The notes: generated by a model not told the origin, from the letters alone. A stretch of 64,000 nucleotides of DNA from an uncultured Planctomycetia bacterium (GCA_963714965.1 CAVQQG010000001.1:1480653-1544652), one strand, 5' to 3'; positions 19,999 to 31,320 are shown, numbered from the stretch's first letter. Numbers and translations: made by a program.

Positions 19999-21894
19999 AT
20001 GAAGCCCTTGATGGTCGGCTGTCTGTTTTTCGCAAGTCTGACCGGGTCGCTGCGCCATCCGCTGCTGGCTCAATCGGATCGCGGATCCTTCATCCAGCAA
20101 AATTATTTAAAAAGCGAACACCGGATCCCGATGCGGGATGGTGTGGAATTGCATACGACGGTTTACCAGCCACGCGATCGTTCGAAGGCCCGGCCGATCC
20201 TGCTGAACCGAACGCCCTACAGTTGCCAGCCCTACGGGCCGCGAATGCCATCGCGGATCGGTCCCTCACCGTGGATGGAACGCGATGGTTACATTTTTGT
20301 CAAACAGGACGTCCGCGGCCGCTGGAACAGCGGAGGAACCTGGGACAACATGCGGCCCCATGTTCCGGGGGATGACGGGATTGATGAAAGTTCTGATACC
20401 TGGGACACGATTGAGTGGTTGCTGGCCAATTTGCAGGGACACAACGGCCGGGTTGGAATCAGTGGCATCTCGTACCCGGGGTTTTATTCCACAGCGGCGC
20501 TTCCGGAAGCGCACCCGGCGCTGGTGGCAGCATCCCCCCAGGCTCCGATTGCGGATTTCTTTTTCGATGATTTTCACCACCAGGGTGCCTATATTCTGAT
20601 GTACTGGCTGGCCACCGGCACGTTCGGTTATCAAACGGGCGGACCAACGACCGTCAATTGGGTCCCGCCGGTGGCCTGCCAGCCGCGCGGCAACGCCTAT
20701 GATTTCTATTTGAATCTGGGGCCCCTGAAAAACTCCAGCCAGTATTACGGACCGGACAATTTTTTCTGGCAACAGCTGGTGGAGCATCCCAACTACGACC
20801 AGTTTTGGCAAAGCCGCAATATTTTGCCCCACCTGAAAGACATCAAGACCAGCGTCATGACGGTAGGCGGCTGGTTTGATGCCGAGGACCTGTACGGCCC
20901 CCTGAATACCTACCGGGCCATTGAACACGGCGCCGGCAATGACGGATTCAATGTGCTGGTCATGGGCCCATTCAGTCATGGCGACTGGGCCAGTCAGTCG
21001 GGAGTCACCCGGGTGGGGAACGTCGTTTTTGGAGAAGGCATCGCCGAGTTTTACCAGCGAGAAGTGGAAGCGCCTTTTTTCCGGCATTTTCTGTGGGAAA
21101 CCGGTGAACGCCCCGATTTTGAGGCCTTGATGTTCGACACCGGCGCCGGGCATTGGGACAAATTCCGGGCGTGGCCGCCCCCGCAAGCCGAGACGGAGAC
21201 CCTGTACTTTCAGGCCGGCGGACGCCTGGGACCGGACCCGCCAACGGCGACCGACGAGGCCGCCGGCGCCTGGTCAGAGTTTGTCAGCGATCCGGCCCAT
21301 CCGGTCCCCTATCGCAAAATGTCGGATCTGGCATTGCGGTTTACGCCACGCCCCTACATGAGCGATGACCAGCGGTTTGCCAGCCAGCGCGACGACGTAC
21401 TGGTTTTTCAGTCCGAAATCCTCGATTCGGAAGTGACCCTGGCCGGTGAATTGCTGGCCCGCCTGCAGGTGTCCGTCAGCGGCACGGACAGCGACTGGAT
21501 CGTCAAATTGATCGATGTGTTTCCCGAGCAGGCGCCCGAATATCCACGCGGGGCCGGTTCTGTTTCGATGTCCGGGTACCAGCAAATGGTGCGCAGCGAA
21601 GTGATCCGGGGACGCTTTCGTAACAGTTTCGAGCGTCCCGAACCGTTCGTGCCCGGCGAGGTGACCGAGGTGCGTCTGCCGCTGCAGGATGTTTATCACA
21701 CGTTTCGTCCGGGGCACCGAATCATGATTCATGTGCAGAGCAGCTGGTTTCCGCTGGTTGACCGAAACCCGCAAACGTTTGTGGAAAACATCTTTCAGGC
21801 GGATGCCGACGACTTTGTGCCGGCGACACACCGTTTGCATCATTCAACCCGTCATCGTTCGTCGTTCGACATGAAGGTTTTGAAACAACCCTGA
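19999..21894 (+). CDS. CocE/NonD family hydrolase (S15 X-Pro dipeptidyl-peptidase-like alpha/beta hydrolase)
   Basis: Signal peptide, GISYPG nucleophile motif, conserved C-terminal beta-sandwich. Confidence 0.85.
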   Translation: MKPLMVGCLFFASLTGSLRHPLLAQSDRGSFIQQNYLKSEHRIPMRDGVELHTTVYQPRDRSKARPILLNRTPYSCQPYGPRMPSRIGPSPWMERDGYIFVKQDVRGRWNSGGTWDNMRPHVPGDDGIDESSDTWDTIEWLLANLQGHNGRVGISGISYPGFYSTAALPEAHPALVAASPQAPIADFFFDDFHHQGAYILMYWLATGTFGYQTGGPTTVNWVPPVACQPRGNAYDFYLNLGPLKNSSQYYGPDNFFWQQLVEHPNYDQFWQSRNILPHLKDIKTSVMTVGGWFDAEDLYGPLNTYRAIEHGAGNDGFNVLVMGPFSHGDWASQSGVTRVGNVVFGEGIAEFYQREVEAPFFRHFLWETGERPDFEALMFDTGAGHWDKFRAWPPPQAETETLYFQAGGRLGPDPPTATDEAAGAWSEFVSDPAHPVPYRKMSDLALRFTPRPYMSDDQRFASQRDDVLVFQSEILDSEVTLAGELLARLQVSVSGTDSDWIVKLIDVFPEQAPEYPRGAGSVSMSGYQQMVRSEVIRGRFRNSFERPEPFVPGEVTEVRLPLQDVYHTFRPGHRIMIHVQSSWFPLVDRNPQTFVENIFQADADDFVPATHRLHHSTRHRSSFDMKVLKQP

Positions 21895-22094
21895 TGACTT
21901 GCCGGCATCAGTTCCGGGATCCGGGCCTGCCCGACGAAAACAGCATCCCGGTTTTGTCTGGCAGCCACTCCCGGCATGTCCGGCGGGGGGGCAGAGCGGT
22001 CTTTGCAGGGGTCGCTGCCGGGACGCCCTGTTGTGCCGGCGACCACGCCCCCGCCAACTTGCCAATGCCTGCCAAACCGGCGTTGCCATCCCGG

Positions 22095-22745
22095 TCAGGG
22101 AGCGGCGCAGTATTCGGATTCCAGTTCCGACAGACGGTGCGCCACGTTTTCGGCCAGCAGGCCATCATCCTGCTGCAGCATCCGGCGGTACTCCAGATCA
22201 AAGGCTTCCAGTTCTGCCTCAATCGTGCGGCGGGCCGCTTCGGTCATCCGGTCCGGAAACAGAACCCCCTGCAGATGATCGAATTCGTGCTGGACAATGT
22301 GCGCCAGGCGGCCGTCGATGATCCGGTCAACGGGGTTGCCCTCCAGATCGTAGGCCAACAAATGAACCTGGGCAGGACGCACGACATTTCCGTAAACACC
22401 GGGAATGCTCAAACAGCCTTCTTCGGCTTCCTCGCGTCCCTTGGGTGATTGCAGCACCGGATTTATCAGAACGTGTTCTTCACCCGCTCCTTGTTCCCCG
22501 GCCTCGTTGATAATAAACAGCTGAAACGGCAAGTCCACCTGGTTGGCGGCCAGGCCAACGCCATGATGTTCGTACATCAACTCGAACATTTCCGCCACCT
22601 GTTTTTTCAGGTGGCGGTTGACACGGCGCAGCGGTTTCGAGACATGTCGCAATGTCGGGTGGGGGATATTGATAATTTGCAACGCAATCCTGCTCCGCGG
22701 CAGACCTGGGCGGCTGCCGCCGCCATTGACCCGGCCTGCCAGCAT
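22095..22745 (-). CDS. def: peptide deformylase
   Basis: GVGLAANQ, EGCLS and QHEFDH motifs. The C-terminal extension is somewhat longer than in E. coli Def. Confidence 0.85.
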   Translation of the reverse strand: MLAGRVNGGGSRPGLPRSRIALQIINIPHPTLRHVSKPLRRVNRHLKKQVAEMFELMYEHHGVGLAANQVDLPFQLFIINEAGEQGAGEEHVLINPVLQSPKGREEAEEGCLSIPGVYGNVVRPAQVHLLAYDLEGNPVDRIIDGRLAHIVQHEFDHLQGVLFPDRMTEAARRTIEAELEAFDLEYRRMLQQDDGLLAENVAHRLSELESEYCAAP

Positions 22746-22773
22746 TCAACCTGGCGAGTGCATCGTTTCCCTG

Positions 22774-22779
22774 ATTATA
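22774..22779 (-). promoter_or_regulatory. TATAAT -10-like hexamer about 28 nt upstream of the def ATG
   Basis: Seen in sequence (minus-strand TATAAT). The -35 is poor. Speculative. Confidence 0.25.
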
Positions 22780-23891
22780 GACATGCCGGGCGTTGCCGGC
22801 AGTGTATCGCGGGCAATTGTCAGGAATACAGGCAGCGCCGCATTCAGGTTTTTGTCAAGTGCGAGCAATTCATCAAAAACGCGTCAAAAAAAATCCGAAC
22901 GCCAACCCTTGACAGACGCCGGTCCTGTTTTTTCGGGATCGGGATTGGGACCGCTCGCAGCAAGCATTGAATCGAAAAAAGACAAAAAACTTTCTTGTCA
23001 AAAACTCTTTAAGATTCCTTGACAACGTTTGCATGATGCCCAGAATAATCCGTTGATCGGGCAAGTCGATTCGGACCGTCCTAGTCGCGGTCACGGTATT
23101 GAGTCGCGCGGTATTGAGGCGCGTTTTGAGTCACGCATTGAAGATCGAGCGTGGTTCAACTGAAAGCTGTCGCCAGAAGCAACCATAACAACAGGACCAT
23201 AACAACAGGACAAGTCGAGAAAAAGATTGAACGGCCGCGTGCCACGGCAATTGTGCGCGGCGCAGTGCTCCGCCCAAGATCGGTCGTGAAAGTTTGGGTA
23301 AATCCGAATGTTACTGTTTCCAGAATCCTGCAGCCTCGGTGGCGACAGGTTTCGGTTTGAAAGATCCGGCGGCCGCGCGGCCCTGGTTCCGGACAGCGAT
23401 GTGGAAGGCCGTTGTGATTTTGCGTTCCTTTTCATTGATTTCAGTTGGTTCGTCATTTCGTTCTTCGTTGGGTTCATATCGCAGTTTCTTTCGATATCGA
23501 ACCCCTTCGAATCATGTTGCAGACGGGTGGCTCGATGGCCCCGCCCAGAAAAACGCGGGCTGGCGCCGACAATTGCGTTTCAGATGGCACGATCGATGGT
23601 TTACGTTGGTTTTCGGATCATAAGCGGCTTTACATGTGCCCCGGGCATGGCCCGGGCACTTATGCGAACTGGGTGGCGACTGAGGGATACGACGAAGGCG
23701 TTGTTAATTCGCGTTAGGAACGTCACGGTAGGATTCCGCACCCAATTTTTGTGCTGACCGGATCTCCAGCCATGATGGCTGTTGGGTCAGTACAGGTAGT
23801 CATTTGCGCTTGAAAACGGATCTTTGCGTTTTTCGGGCCGAGCGCGGTGCCGGTACATGATGTACCGCCACCGTTTTTTTGTGCCCCTGCC

Positions 23892-24704
23892 ATGTCTGAA
23901 TGCCTGATAGCCGTTGGTTCCAGCCTGGGGGACTGTCGTGATCAGATCCGGCAATCCGTGGCGGCGATCGGGTCGCTGCCCGGGACCCGTCTGGTGCGTA
24001 CCAGCCGCCTGGTACGCACGCGGCCGGTCGGCCGGGCCGCGCGGCCGTTTTTGAACGGGTGCCTGCTGGTCGACACCAGCCGATCCCCGCAACAGCTGAT
24101 CGGTGATCTGTTGGCGATTGAGGCGCTGGGCGGACGAACCCGAACGTCCGGGCCTGACGGTGACCGCCCGATTGACCTGGACATCCTGCTGTATGACCAG
24201 CTGATGGTGGTGAGTGAGCTGGTTTGCATCCCCCATCCGCGGATGTCGTTTCGCCGGTTTGTGCTGCAGCCGGCGGCTGAAATCGCCGGCGCGTGGCGGC
24301 ATCCCCTGCTGGGTTCCAGCGTGTCGCAACTGCTGGCCGCCATCAACCGCCCCGGCCAGTTGATTGGCGTGCATGACCCATCGACCGGGCCGCGTGATCG
24401 GCCATCCGCGCAGCGGCGCAGCGATCGGCAAACCGGCTCGCATCGGTGGACGATTTCGTGGCTGGACCACAGCCACCCGGCGGATCCCGGCGTGGCGGAC
24501 ATGAATCTTCTGATCGAATCGGCGCCCGTGTCCGGCGATCCTTCCGCCCTGTTTCTGCCGGGCTACCGGGGCCCGCGGTGGCAAACGGGATTGACCCGTC
24601 CGGGCGAGTTCCCGGGTCAGCTGCCGGCCTTGATCGAGACGGCAATTGAATCAATGGAACCGGCGGGATCCTTCCAAACGGACTCCGGCTGGCAAGGTGA
24701 CTGA
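23892..24704 (+). CDS. folK: 2-amino-4-hydroxy-6-hydroxymethyldihydropteridine pyrophosphokinase (HPPK) with a low-complexity C-terminal extension of about 115 aa
   Basis: CLIAVGSSLGD... HPPK fold in the first 155 aa. The extension has no recognisable domain. Confidence 0.7.
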   Translation: MSECLIAVGSSLGDCRDQIRQSVAAIGSLPGTRLVRTSRLVRTRPVGRAARPFLNGCLLVDTSRSPQQLIGDLLAIEALGGRTRTSGPDGDRPIDLDILLYDQLMVVSELVCIPHPRMSFRRFVLQPAAEIAGAWRHPLLGSSVSQLLAAINRPGQLIGVHDPSTGPRDRPSAQRRSDRQTGSHRWTISWLDHSHPADPGVADMNLLIESAPVSGDPSALFLPGYRGPRWQTGLTRPGEFPGQLPALIETAIESMEPAGSFQTDSGWQGD

Positions 24705-24792
24705 CACTCGCCGCCGGCATTTTCCTGGCACGCCCATCAGGGGCGACGTACAATAACGCAAATTCGGCCCCCTGCCCCGCATTGGACCTGCC

Positions 24793-26289
24793 ATGAAAAT
24801 CCTGCTGGTCAGCAGCGAAGTTGTCCCTTTTGCCAAAACCGGCGGCCTGGCCGATGTCTGCGGCGCCTTGCCGGCCGAATTGGCCCGGCTGGGCCACGAA
24901 ACGATCGTTTGCCTGCCTGCCTACCGAAGCGCGCTTGCCTGCGGACTGCCTGTCGAATCGACGGACATTGAGTTGACCATTCCTCTGGGCGGCGGCGCGG
25001 TTCGGGGCCGTTTGCTGACCAGCCGGCTGCCCGACAGCGAGGTTCCGGTCTGGCTGGTGGCGCAGGATGACTTTTTTGCCCGCGACGGACTGTACCAGCA
25101 AGACGGTGGCGATTACCGCGACAATTGCGCCCGGTTCTCCTTTTTTTGCCAGTTTGCTCTGGAGTTGTTGCGGGCCACCGCCTGGTACCCCGATGTCGTG
25201 CACTGCAACGACTGGCAAACCGGACTGATTCCCGCTCATCTGGCGACCCGATTGGCGAGTGTGGACCAATACCGGAATGTGGCCTCCCTGATGACGATTC
25301 ACAATTTGGCCTATCAGGGACATTTTGCGGCCCATGAGTTTCCGGTCACCGGTATGGACCCACAGTATTTCAACTGGCAACAAATGGAGTTTCACGAGCA
25401 TATCAACCTGCTCAAAACCGGGATTGTCTTTGCCGATGCGATCAGCACCGTCAGCCCGCAATACGCCCGCGAAATTCAGACGCCGGAGACGGGATGTGGA
25501 CTGGAAAATGTTTTGCGGGAACGTCAGGATCGCCTGTTTGGTGTGCTGAACGGGATCGACACCACCGTCTGGAATCCGCGAACCGATCCCCATTTGTCGG
25601 CCAACTATGACGACACGAACTGGCAGCAGGGCAAGCGGATCAACAAGGCGGCCCTGCAACAGGAAGCCGGGCTGGCGATCCATCCGGACACACCGCTGAT
25701 CGGTCTGGTGGGGAGGCTGGCCACCCAAAAAGGCTGGTCGTTGATACTGCCGGTGATGGCTCACTGGCTGGCAACCCATGACGTGCAATGGGTGGTGCTG
25801 GGAACCGGTGAACCGTTCCTCGAAGACCGGTTGCGACAACTGCAACATCAACATCCCGGCCGGATCGCGGTGCACCTGGGATTTTCCGATTCGCTGGCGC
25901 ACCAGATTGAATCGGCGGCGGATATTTTTCTGATGCCCAGCCGGTACGAGCCGTGTGGTCTGAACCAGCAATACAGCATGCAATACGGCACCGTACCGGT
26001 GGTCCACCGAACGGGTGGTCTTGCCGATACCGTGCTGGACGCCAGCGGATCCAATCTGGCCCACGGTCGGGCCAACGGGTTTGTATTTGACAGTTTTGAC
26101 CCTGATTCCCTGGAATCGGCCCTGGGCCGCGCGGTGGCGACGCTGGTCCGGCAAACGGAGGTCTGGCAACAGCTGGTCCATAACGGCATGACCAGCGACT
26201 GGTCCTGGTCGCAGAGCGCGGCTCGTTATGAAAAACTCTATCAGTGGACGTGCCAGCGAAAACGCCAGCCTGGAATCGCCACCGTCTGA
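24793..26289 (+). CDS. glgA: glycogen synthase (ADP-glucose type, GT5)
   Basis: KTGGLADV motif near the N-terminus and full-length GlgA similarity. Confidence 0.9.
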   Translation: MKILLVSSEVVPFAKTGGLADVCGALPAELARLGHETIVCLPAYRSALACGLPVESTDIELTIPLGGGAVRGRLLTSRLPDSEVPVWLVAQDDFFARDGLYQQDGGDYRDNCARFSFFCQFALELLRATAWYPDVVHCNDWQTGLIPAHLATRLASVDQYRNVASLMTIHNLAYQGHFAAHEFPVTGMDPQYFNWQQMEFHEHINLLKTGIVFADAISTVSPQYAREIQTPETGCGLENVLRERQDRLFGVLNGIDTTVWNPRTDPHLSANYDDTNWQQGKRINKAALQQEAGLAIHPDTPLIGLVGRLATQKGWSLILPVMAHWLATHDVQWVVLGTGEPFLEDRLRQLQHQHPGRIAVHLGFSDSLAHQIESAADIFLMPSRYEPCGLNQQYSMQYGTVPVVHRTGGLADTVLDASGSNLAHGRANGFVFDSFDPDSLESALGRAVATLVRQTEVWQQLVHNGMTSDWSWSQSAARYEKLYQWTCQRKRQPGIATV

Positions 26290-26417
26290 TCGCAGCTGCG
26301 ATGGACGCTTGTCGCGCATGATCCGTTGTTCTGGCGTTGGCCAGGCGCCCCGGATAGAATGCCGTCGGTGTTTGTCACACGGCCGATGCCGGCATGTCTT
26401 TCGTTCTGTCCAGTACC

Positions 26418-27362
26418 ATGTCTGACTTTCGATACGATCCCTTTTTTGACCAATGGGTTTGTATCGCCGAGTCCCGTCAGCAACGACCCGTCGAATTTCG
26501 CCAGCAAAGCCAACGGCTGCCTGGTCTGGAATGTCCGTTCTGCCCCGGCAACGAACCCCTGACACCGCCGGCCCTGGCGCAGCACAACAGCTCGGACGGA
26601 TGGGTGGTCCGCGTGTTTCCCAACAAGTACCCGGCGCTGGGATCCGAAGGGCCGGAATCACACTCGTCCGATGCCGGTCAAATACCGCGCGGCTGCCAGG
26701 AAGTCATTGTGGTTTCGCCCCGGCACGTTGTTAGTCTGGCGGACCTGAATTCCGCAGAACTGCGGGCCAGCGCCGATATCTTTCGGCAACGACTGGCGGA
26801 ATACTGGTCGAATGCGGAGATTAACCACGCATCGCTGTTTATGAACTGCCGACCGGCTGCCGGCGCGTCGATTGAGCATGCGCATTTCCAGCTGATCGGT
26901 TCGCCGATCTGTACGCAACAAGTCCGCCAGCGAGTCAATCGCATGGTTCAGACAAGCAACGGTCAGTGCCGCTGGCAATCGGCCATTGACGAGGAACGGA
27001 CGGACGGAACCCGCGTGGTGGACGAGTCGGAAGAGTTTGTCGTGTTTTGTCCGAGAGCCAGTCGGTACACGGGCCAGCTGCGATTTGCCCGCCTTGGTTG
27101 CGGCTCGGTGCTGGACCTGGACACAACCCAGTTTGCCCAATTGGGAGAGATGCTCTCCCGCTGGACCCGGGTGGTCGAGCGGGTACTGGAACAGCCGGCC
27201 TACAACGTGGTCTTCTATTTGCCGCCCCGGGATTTGCCCGACGGGCCCTGGTTTGTTGATTTGATTCCCCGATTCCCGCAATTCGCCGGGTTTGAGCTGG
27301 CGACCGATTGCTGGGTGAACCCGTGGTCCCCCGAGTCTGCGGCGCAGCGATATCGAAACTGA
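26418..27362 (+). CDS. galactose-1-phosphate uridylyltransferase family (GalT-like HIT) protein
   Basis: CPFCPGNE zinc/HIT-family motif and a histidine-containing active-site region. Confidence 0.75.
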   Translation: MSDFRYDPFFDQWVCIAESRQQRPVEFRQQSQRLPGLECPFCPGNEPLTPPALAQHNSSDGWVVRVFPNKYPALGSEGPESHSSDAGQIPRGCQEVIVVSPRHVVSLADLNSAELRASADIFRQRLAEYWSNAEINHASLFMNCRPAAGASIEHAHFQLIGSPICTQQVRQRVNRMVQTSNGQCRWQSAIDEERTDGTRVVDESEEFVVFCPRASRYTGQLRFARLGCGSVLDLDTTQFAQLGEMLSRWTRVVERVLEQPAYNVVFYLPPRDLPDGPWFVDLIPRFPQFAGFELATDCWVNPWSPESAAQRYRN

Positions 27363-27582
27363 CGGCTCGTGGCCCGGCCGTGCGCCGAATGTGGCGTTCA
27401 GAAAAGATCTGGAGCAATACTCTCAAATCCGTTAGCATCACCTGCGGCGACCGGTTGCCAGGGCCTGCCGGCGGCTGGCAACGGTGCCACAACGACTTCC
27501 GATCCGCCCGCAACCCATCGGCTGGTCCGACGTCGAACGAAATAACGTTGGCTGGTTCTTTTCGCAAACCCTTGTCCATCGC

Positions 27583-29938
27583 ATGACCATGTCTGATCCC
27601 CGTTTGCGTTTCTGCCTGGCTCTGCACAATCATCAACCGGTCGGGAATTTTGACAACGTCATCCAGCAGGCCTGGCAAGACAGCTATCAGCCGTTTCTGG
27701 ATATGTTTGAATCGTATCCGTCACTGGCAATCAGCCTGCACACCAGCGGGCCCCTGATGCTCTGGCTGGAGAAAAACCGTCCCGAATACCTCGAGCGTTT
27801 GCGTGATTTGGCGCGGCGGGGCCGGATTGAGATCGTGGGGGGAGCGTTTTACGAACCCATCCTGACCATGATTCCCTCCCGGGACCGTCAGGGCCAGATC
27901 CGCCAGTATACCGACTGGCTGAACGAACGATTGGACGTCGATGTCCGCGGCATGTGGATTCCGGAACGGGTTTGGGAAGCCAGCCTGGTCAGCGACATTG
28001 CCGCCGCCGGAATTGAATACACCATTCTGGATGATTTCCATTTTCGCTGCGCCGGACTGGGAGACGAACAGCTGCACGGACATTACGTGACCGAAGACCA
28101 GGGTCACGTGCTCCGCGTCTTTCCGGGCAGCGAACAGCTGCGGTACATGATTCCGTTTCGGGAACCGCAGGAGACCATCGACTACTTGCGTTACCTGTCG
28201 GAAATTCACCCTGGCACAACGGTTGTGTTTGCCGACGACGGGGAAAAATTCGGCACGTGGCCGGAGACCCGCAAACATGTCTACGATGATCGGCTGGTTG
28301 TCCCGGTTTTTCGATGCTCTGGTGGCCCACGGCGATTGGCTCGAGTGCACGACCCTGAGTCAGGCGCTGGCCGGCAGCCTGCCGCAAGACAAGATCTTTC
28401 TGCCGGCGGCCAGTTATCGGGAAATGACCGAATGGTCGTTACCGGTCGAGCGACAACTGGAATACGAACACCTGCTGGCCGACATCCAGTCGGATGACCG
28501 CTGGCCGCGGATCCGGCAATTCATGCGCGGTGGTTTCTGGCGCAACTTCCGGAACAAGTATGCCGAGACCGACGAAATGTATGCCCGCATGATGCACGTC
28601 AGCAACCGCTTGCAGCAGCTGGCGGATGGCCCGGTGGGCCAACCCCGGCTGCTGGACCAGGCCCGGGACCATTTGTACCGCGGCCAGTGCAACTGTCCGT
28701 GGTGGCACGGTGCCTTTGGCGGTGTGTACCTGCCCCACCTGCGCAACGCCGCCTACCAGCATCTGATTCAGGCCGACAATTTGATCGATCAGGCCGCATC
28801 GCGGAGCGACGACGCCACGATCGAGGCCGCCGACTACAATTTTGACCTGACAGCGGAAATCCGTATGGCCAATCGTCATTTGATTGCCTGGTTTTCTCCG
28901 GCGCAGGGTGGTTACCTGTACGAGCTGGATATTCGGGGCATCACCCACAATTTGCTGGCCACCATGCAACGCCGCCGCGAGGCGTACCATGACAAGGTGC
29001 GGCTGGGGGCCAGCCAGGCCACCGGCGAGGCCGCCAGCATTCATGACCGCGTGGTGTTCAAGCAGGCCGGTCTGGATCAGCAACTGATCTACGACTCCCA
29101 TCCCCGCAAGAGCCTGGTTGATCATTTCTGGCCGCTGGATTGCACGCTGGCCGAGCTGCGTTCGGGCACGGCTCGCGAGCTGGGCGACTTTGTCAGCGGG
29201 CGATACGAATCCAAAATCCGTCGCAGTCCGTCGCGCAACCAGTTGTTGATGACACGCCACGGGACGGTCGAGGATTTGCCCATTCGGATCACCAAAGGGA
29301 TTACGCTTGGCAGTACCAGCAATACCCTGGAGGTGGCCTGGCTGCTGGAAGGATTGCCGCCGCAGCGCACGCTGAGATTCGGGGCGGAATTTAATTTTGC
29401 CGGGATGCCCGCCGGTGAACCCGACCGGTTTTTCACAGATGCCGCCGGCCAGCAACTGGGTTCCCTGGGCCAGGCCCTCGACCTGACCGATTGCACGGGC
29501 CTGTCGCTCAGCGATCAGTGGCTGGGCCTGATCGCCCGATTGACGTGGGACCGGCCTTCCGCAGTCTGGGCGTTTCCCGTGGCCACCGTCAGTCAATCCG
29601 AAGGCGGATTTGAACTGGTCCACCAATCGGTGGTCGTCCAGCCGGTTTGGCGGGTTCGGGGCGATGCAAACGGTCGCTGGGCGGTTAAAATGGAAATGCA
29701 ACTGGCGATTCCGACCGCCGAACCGGTGATCCCGGCACGCCCGGTGCCCCTGCCGCGACACAATGCCGAACCGATTGGTGAGCGAGGCTGGCCCCGGTCC
29801 AGCCCGGAAAATTCGCCCGTGGCCAGCAATTCGGTTGGTGACTTCTTCCCTGATTTTCTTGGCGTTCGCCGGCAACTCACATCGACGACCGCAACGAGTC
29901 CTGATCTGGCATGTCCCGTCGCCCGCAGCTACCGCTAA
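27583..29938 (+). CDS. GH57-family alpha-glucan-active enzyme (amylase / branching-enzyme-like), frameshifted near 28283
   Basis: LHNHQP and CNCPWWHGAFGG GH57 signatures. The N-terminal part (frame 1) and C-terminal part (frame 2, ORF from 28223) join as KHVYDD|GWLSRFF with a 1-nt slip. Confidence 0.75.
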
Positions 29939-30291
29939 TCAATGATTGTCAGGGATGCGGCGTCTGCTGTATGCATATGGGTTACCCGGCGTTTATGGAC
30001 CCTGTCGAAAGCTCCTTTGACGCCGGGTACTGGAGGGCCTTGCCTGCCGAACTGCGGGATGAACTGCTTGCCTTTATCGAGGATTACCAGCCACCTGCGG
30101 CCGGAGAACTGGATAACGCCTGCGTCTGGTTCGACATGCAAACTCGCCAATGCAAACATCACCAGTATCGCCCCCGGGTTTGTCGCGATTTTCCCGTCGG
30201 TGGTTCGGGGTGCCGCAACTGGCGGTGGCATTATCGACATCTGATAATGGCGCCCGGGGAAAACGGGGATCCGGGTGAATCGGCCCGGTAG
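29911..30291 (+). CDS. YkgJ-family cysteine-cluster (zinc/iron-chelating, UPF0153) protein
   Basis: CQGCGVCC ... C..C cysteine cluster. Confidence 0.65.
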   Translation: MSRRPQLPLINDCQGCGVCCMHMGYPAFMDPVESSFDAGYWRALPAELRDELLAFIEDYQPPAAGELDNACVWFDMQTRQCKHHQYRPRVCRDFPVGGSGCRNWRWHYRHLIMAPGENGDPGESAR

Positions 30292-30370
30292 GGGGCCAGC
30301 CACGATCCGGATTGGGGTGCGCTGGCCGGATTTGTTATCCATCATTCCCTTCCCCTGACGGTAACCACCC

Positions 30371-31190
30371 ATGCCCGAGCCCTGGAACCTGTCCGAGATC
30401 AGCTATGCGGTCGTTCGGCAACAGAAATATGAAGTTGCCGTGCTGCCATTTGGAGCGACCGAGCCACACAACCTGCACCTGCCTTACAGCACGGATACTC
30501 TGGAAGCCACGATTATCGGACAGCACATTTGCCGCGCTGCGTACCAGTCGCGGTGCCCGGGTCGTGTTGTTGCCGACGATTCCCTACGGCACCCAGACCA
30601 ATATGCAGGCCTTTCCGCTGGCCATGAATCTGAACCCGTCCACGCTGACGATTGTGGTGGGCGACCTGCTGGAATCGCTGGTCAACTCGGGGATTTCCAA
30701 GGTGTTGTTGCTCAACAGTCACGGCGGCAACACCCTGAAACCACTGTTGCGCGAGCTGGCCGGTGAAACGGAAGCCGAGCTGTTCCTGTGTGACTGGTAC
30801 CAGTCGATTCGTGATGTGTATGACACGATCTTTGAGAGGCCCGAGGATCATGCCGGGGAGATGGAAACCTCATTCGCCCTGGCCTGGTTTGGCCATTTGG
30901 TGGCCCGGGACAAAACAGGAGCGTTGCTGGCCGACGAGGGCGCAAAACGCCCGTTTCGACTGGCGGCCCTCAATCAGGGCTGGGTCTCGATGACGCGGCC
31001 CTGGCATTTGCTGACCACCAACAGCGGGGCGGGCAATCCCCGGAACGCCAGCGCCGAAAAAGGTCAACAACTGATGCAGGTTCTGGTCCGGCGGCTGAGT
31101 CAGTTTCTGGTGGAGCTGTCCGAGGCCGAACTGGATGAGACGTTTCCGTTTGTGGACGACTCCGGGGGAGGAGGGGACCATCACTCCTGA
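30371..31190 (+). CDS. creatininase (creatinine amidohydrolase) family protein, frameshifted near 30550
   Basis: N-terminal VLPFGATEPHNLHLPYSTD in frame 2. It continues RVVLLPTIPYG...NSHGGN in frame 0 after a 1-nt slip at cgcggtgcccggg. Confidence 0.7.
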
Positions 31191-31245
31191 ATGGGCACCT
31201 GCGCCCCGGGAAGCGGAAAACCAGGGCCGCCCGGCGCCGTTCAGG

Positions 31246-31320
31246 GGTGGTTGAGGGGATTCGAACCCCCGACCCTCGGAACCACAATCCGATGCTCTAA
31301 CCAACTGAGCTACAACCACC
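31246..31320 (-). tRNA. tRNA-His (anticodon GUG)
   Basis: Hand-folded cloverleaf. G-1 pairs with the C73 discriminator. Perfect 7-bp acceptor stem, D-arm GCTC/GAGC, anticodon loop UUGUGGU, T-arm GGGGG-TTCGAAT-CCCCT. No encoded CCA. Confidence 0.85.

Noticed and set aside
22750-23850. tmRNA, RNase P RNA or SRP RNA located in the low-GC island
   Set aside because: I scanned by eye for the tRNA-like 3' end of tmRNA, the RNase P P4 motifs (GGAAAGUCCGG...ACAGAACCCGGCUUA) and the SRP GGUGCC-like domain IV. None was found. The ncRNA idea is retained only as a generic candidate.
26289-26302. Perfect 14-bp palindrome ATCGCAGCTGCGAT right after the glgA stop as a terminator
   Set aside because: No U-tract follows. 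It is more likely a protein-binding site or coincidental. Not called.
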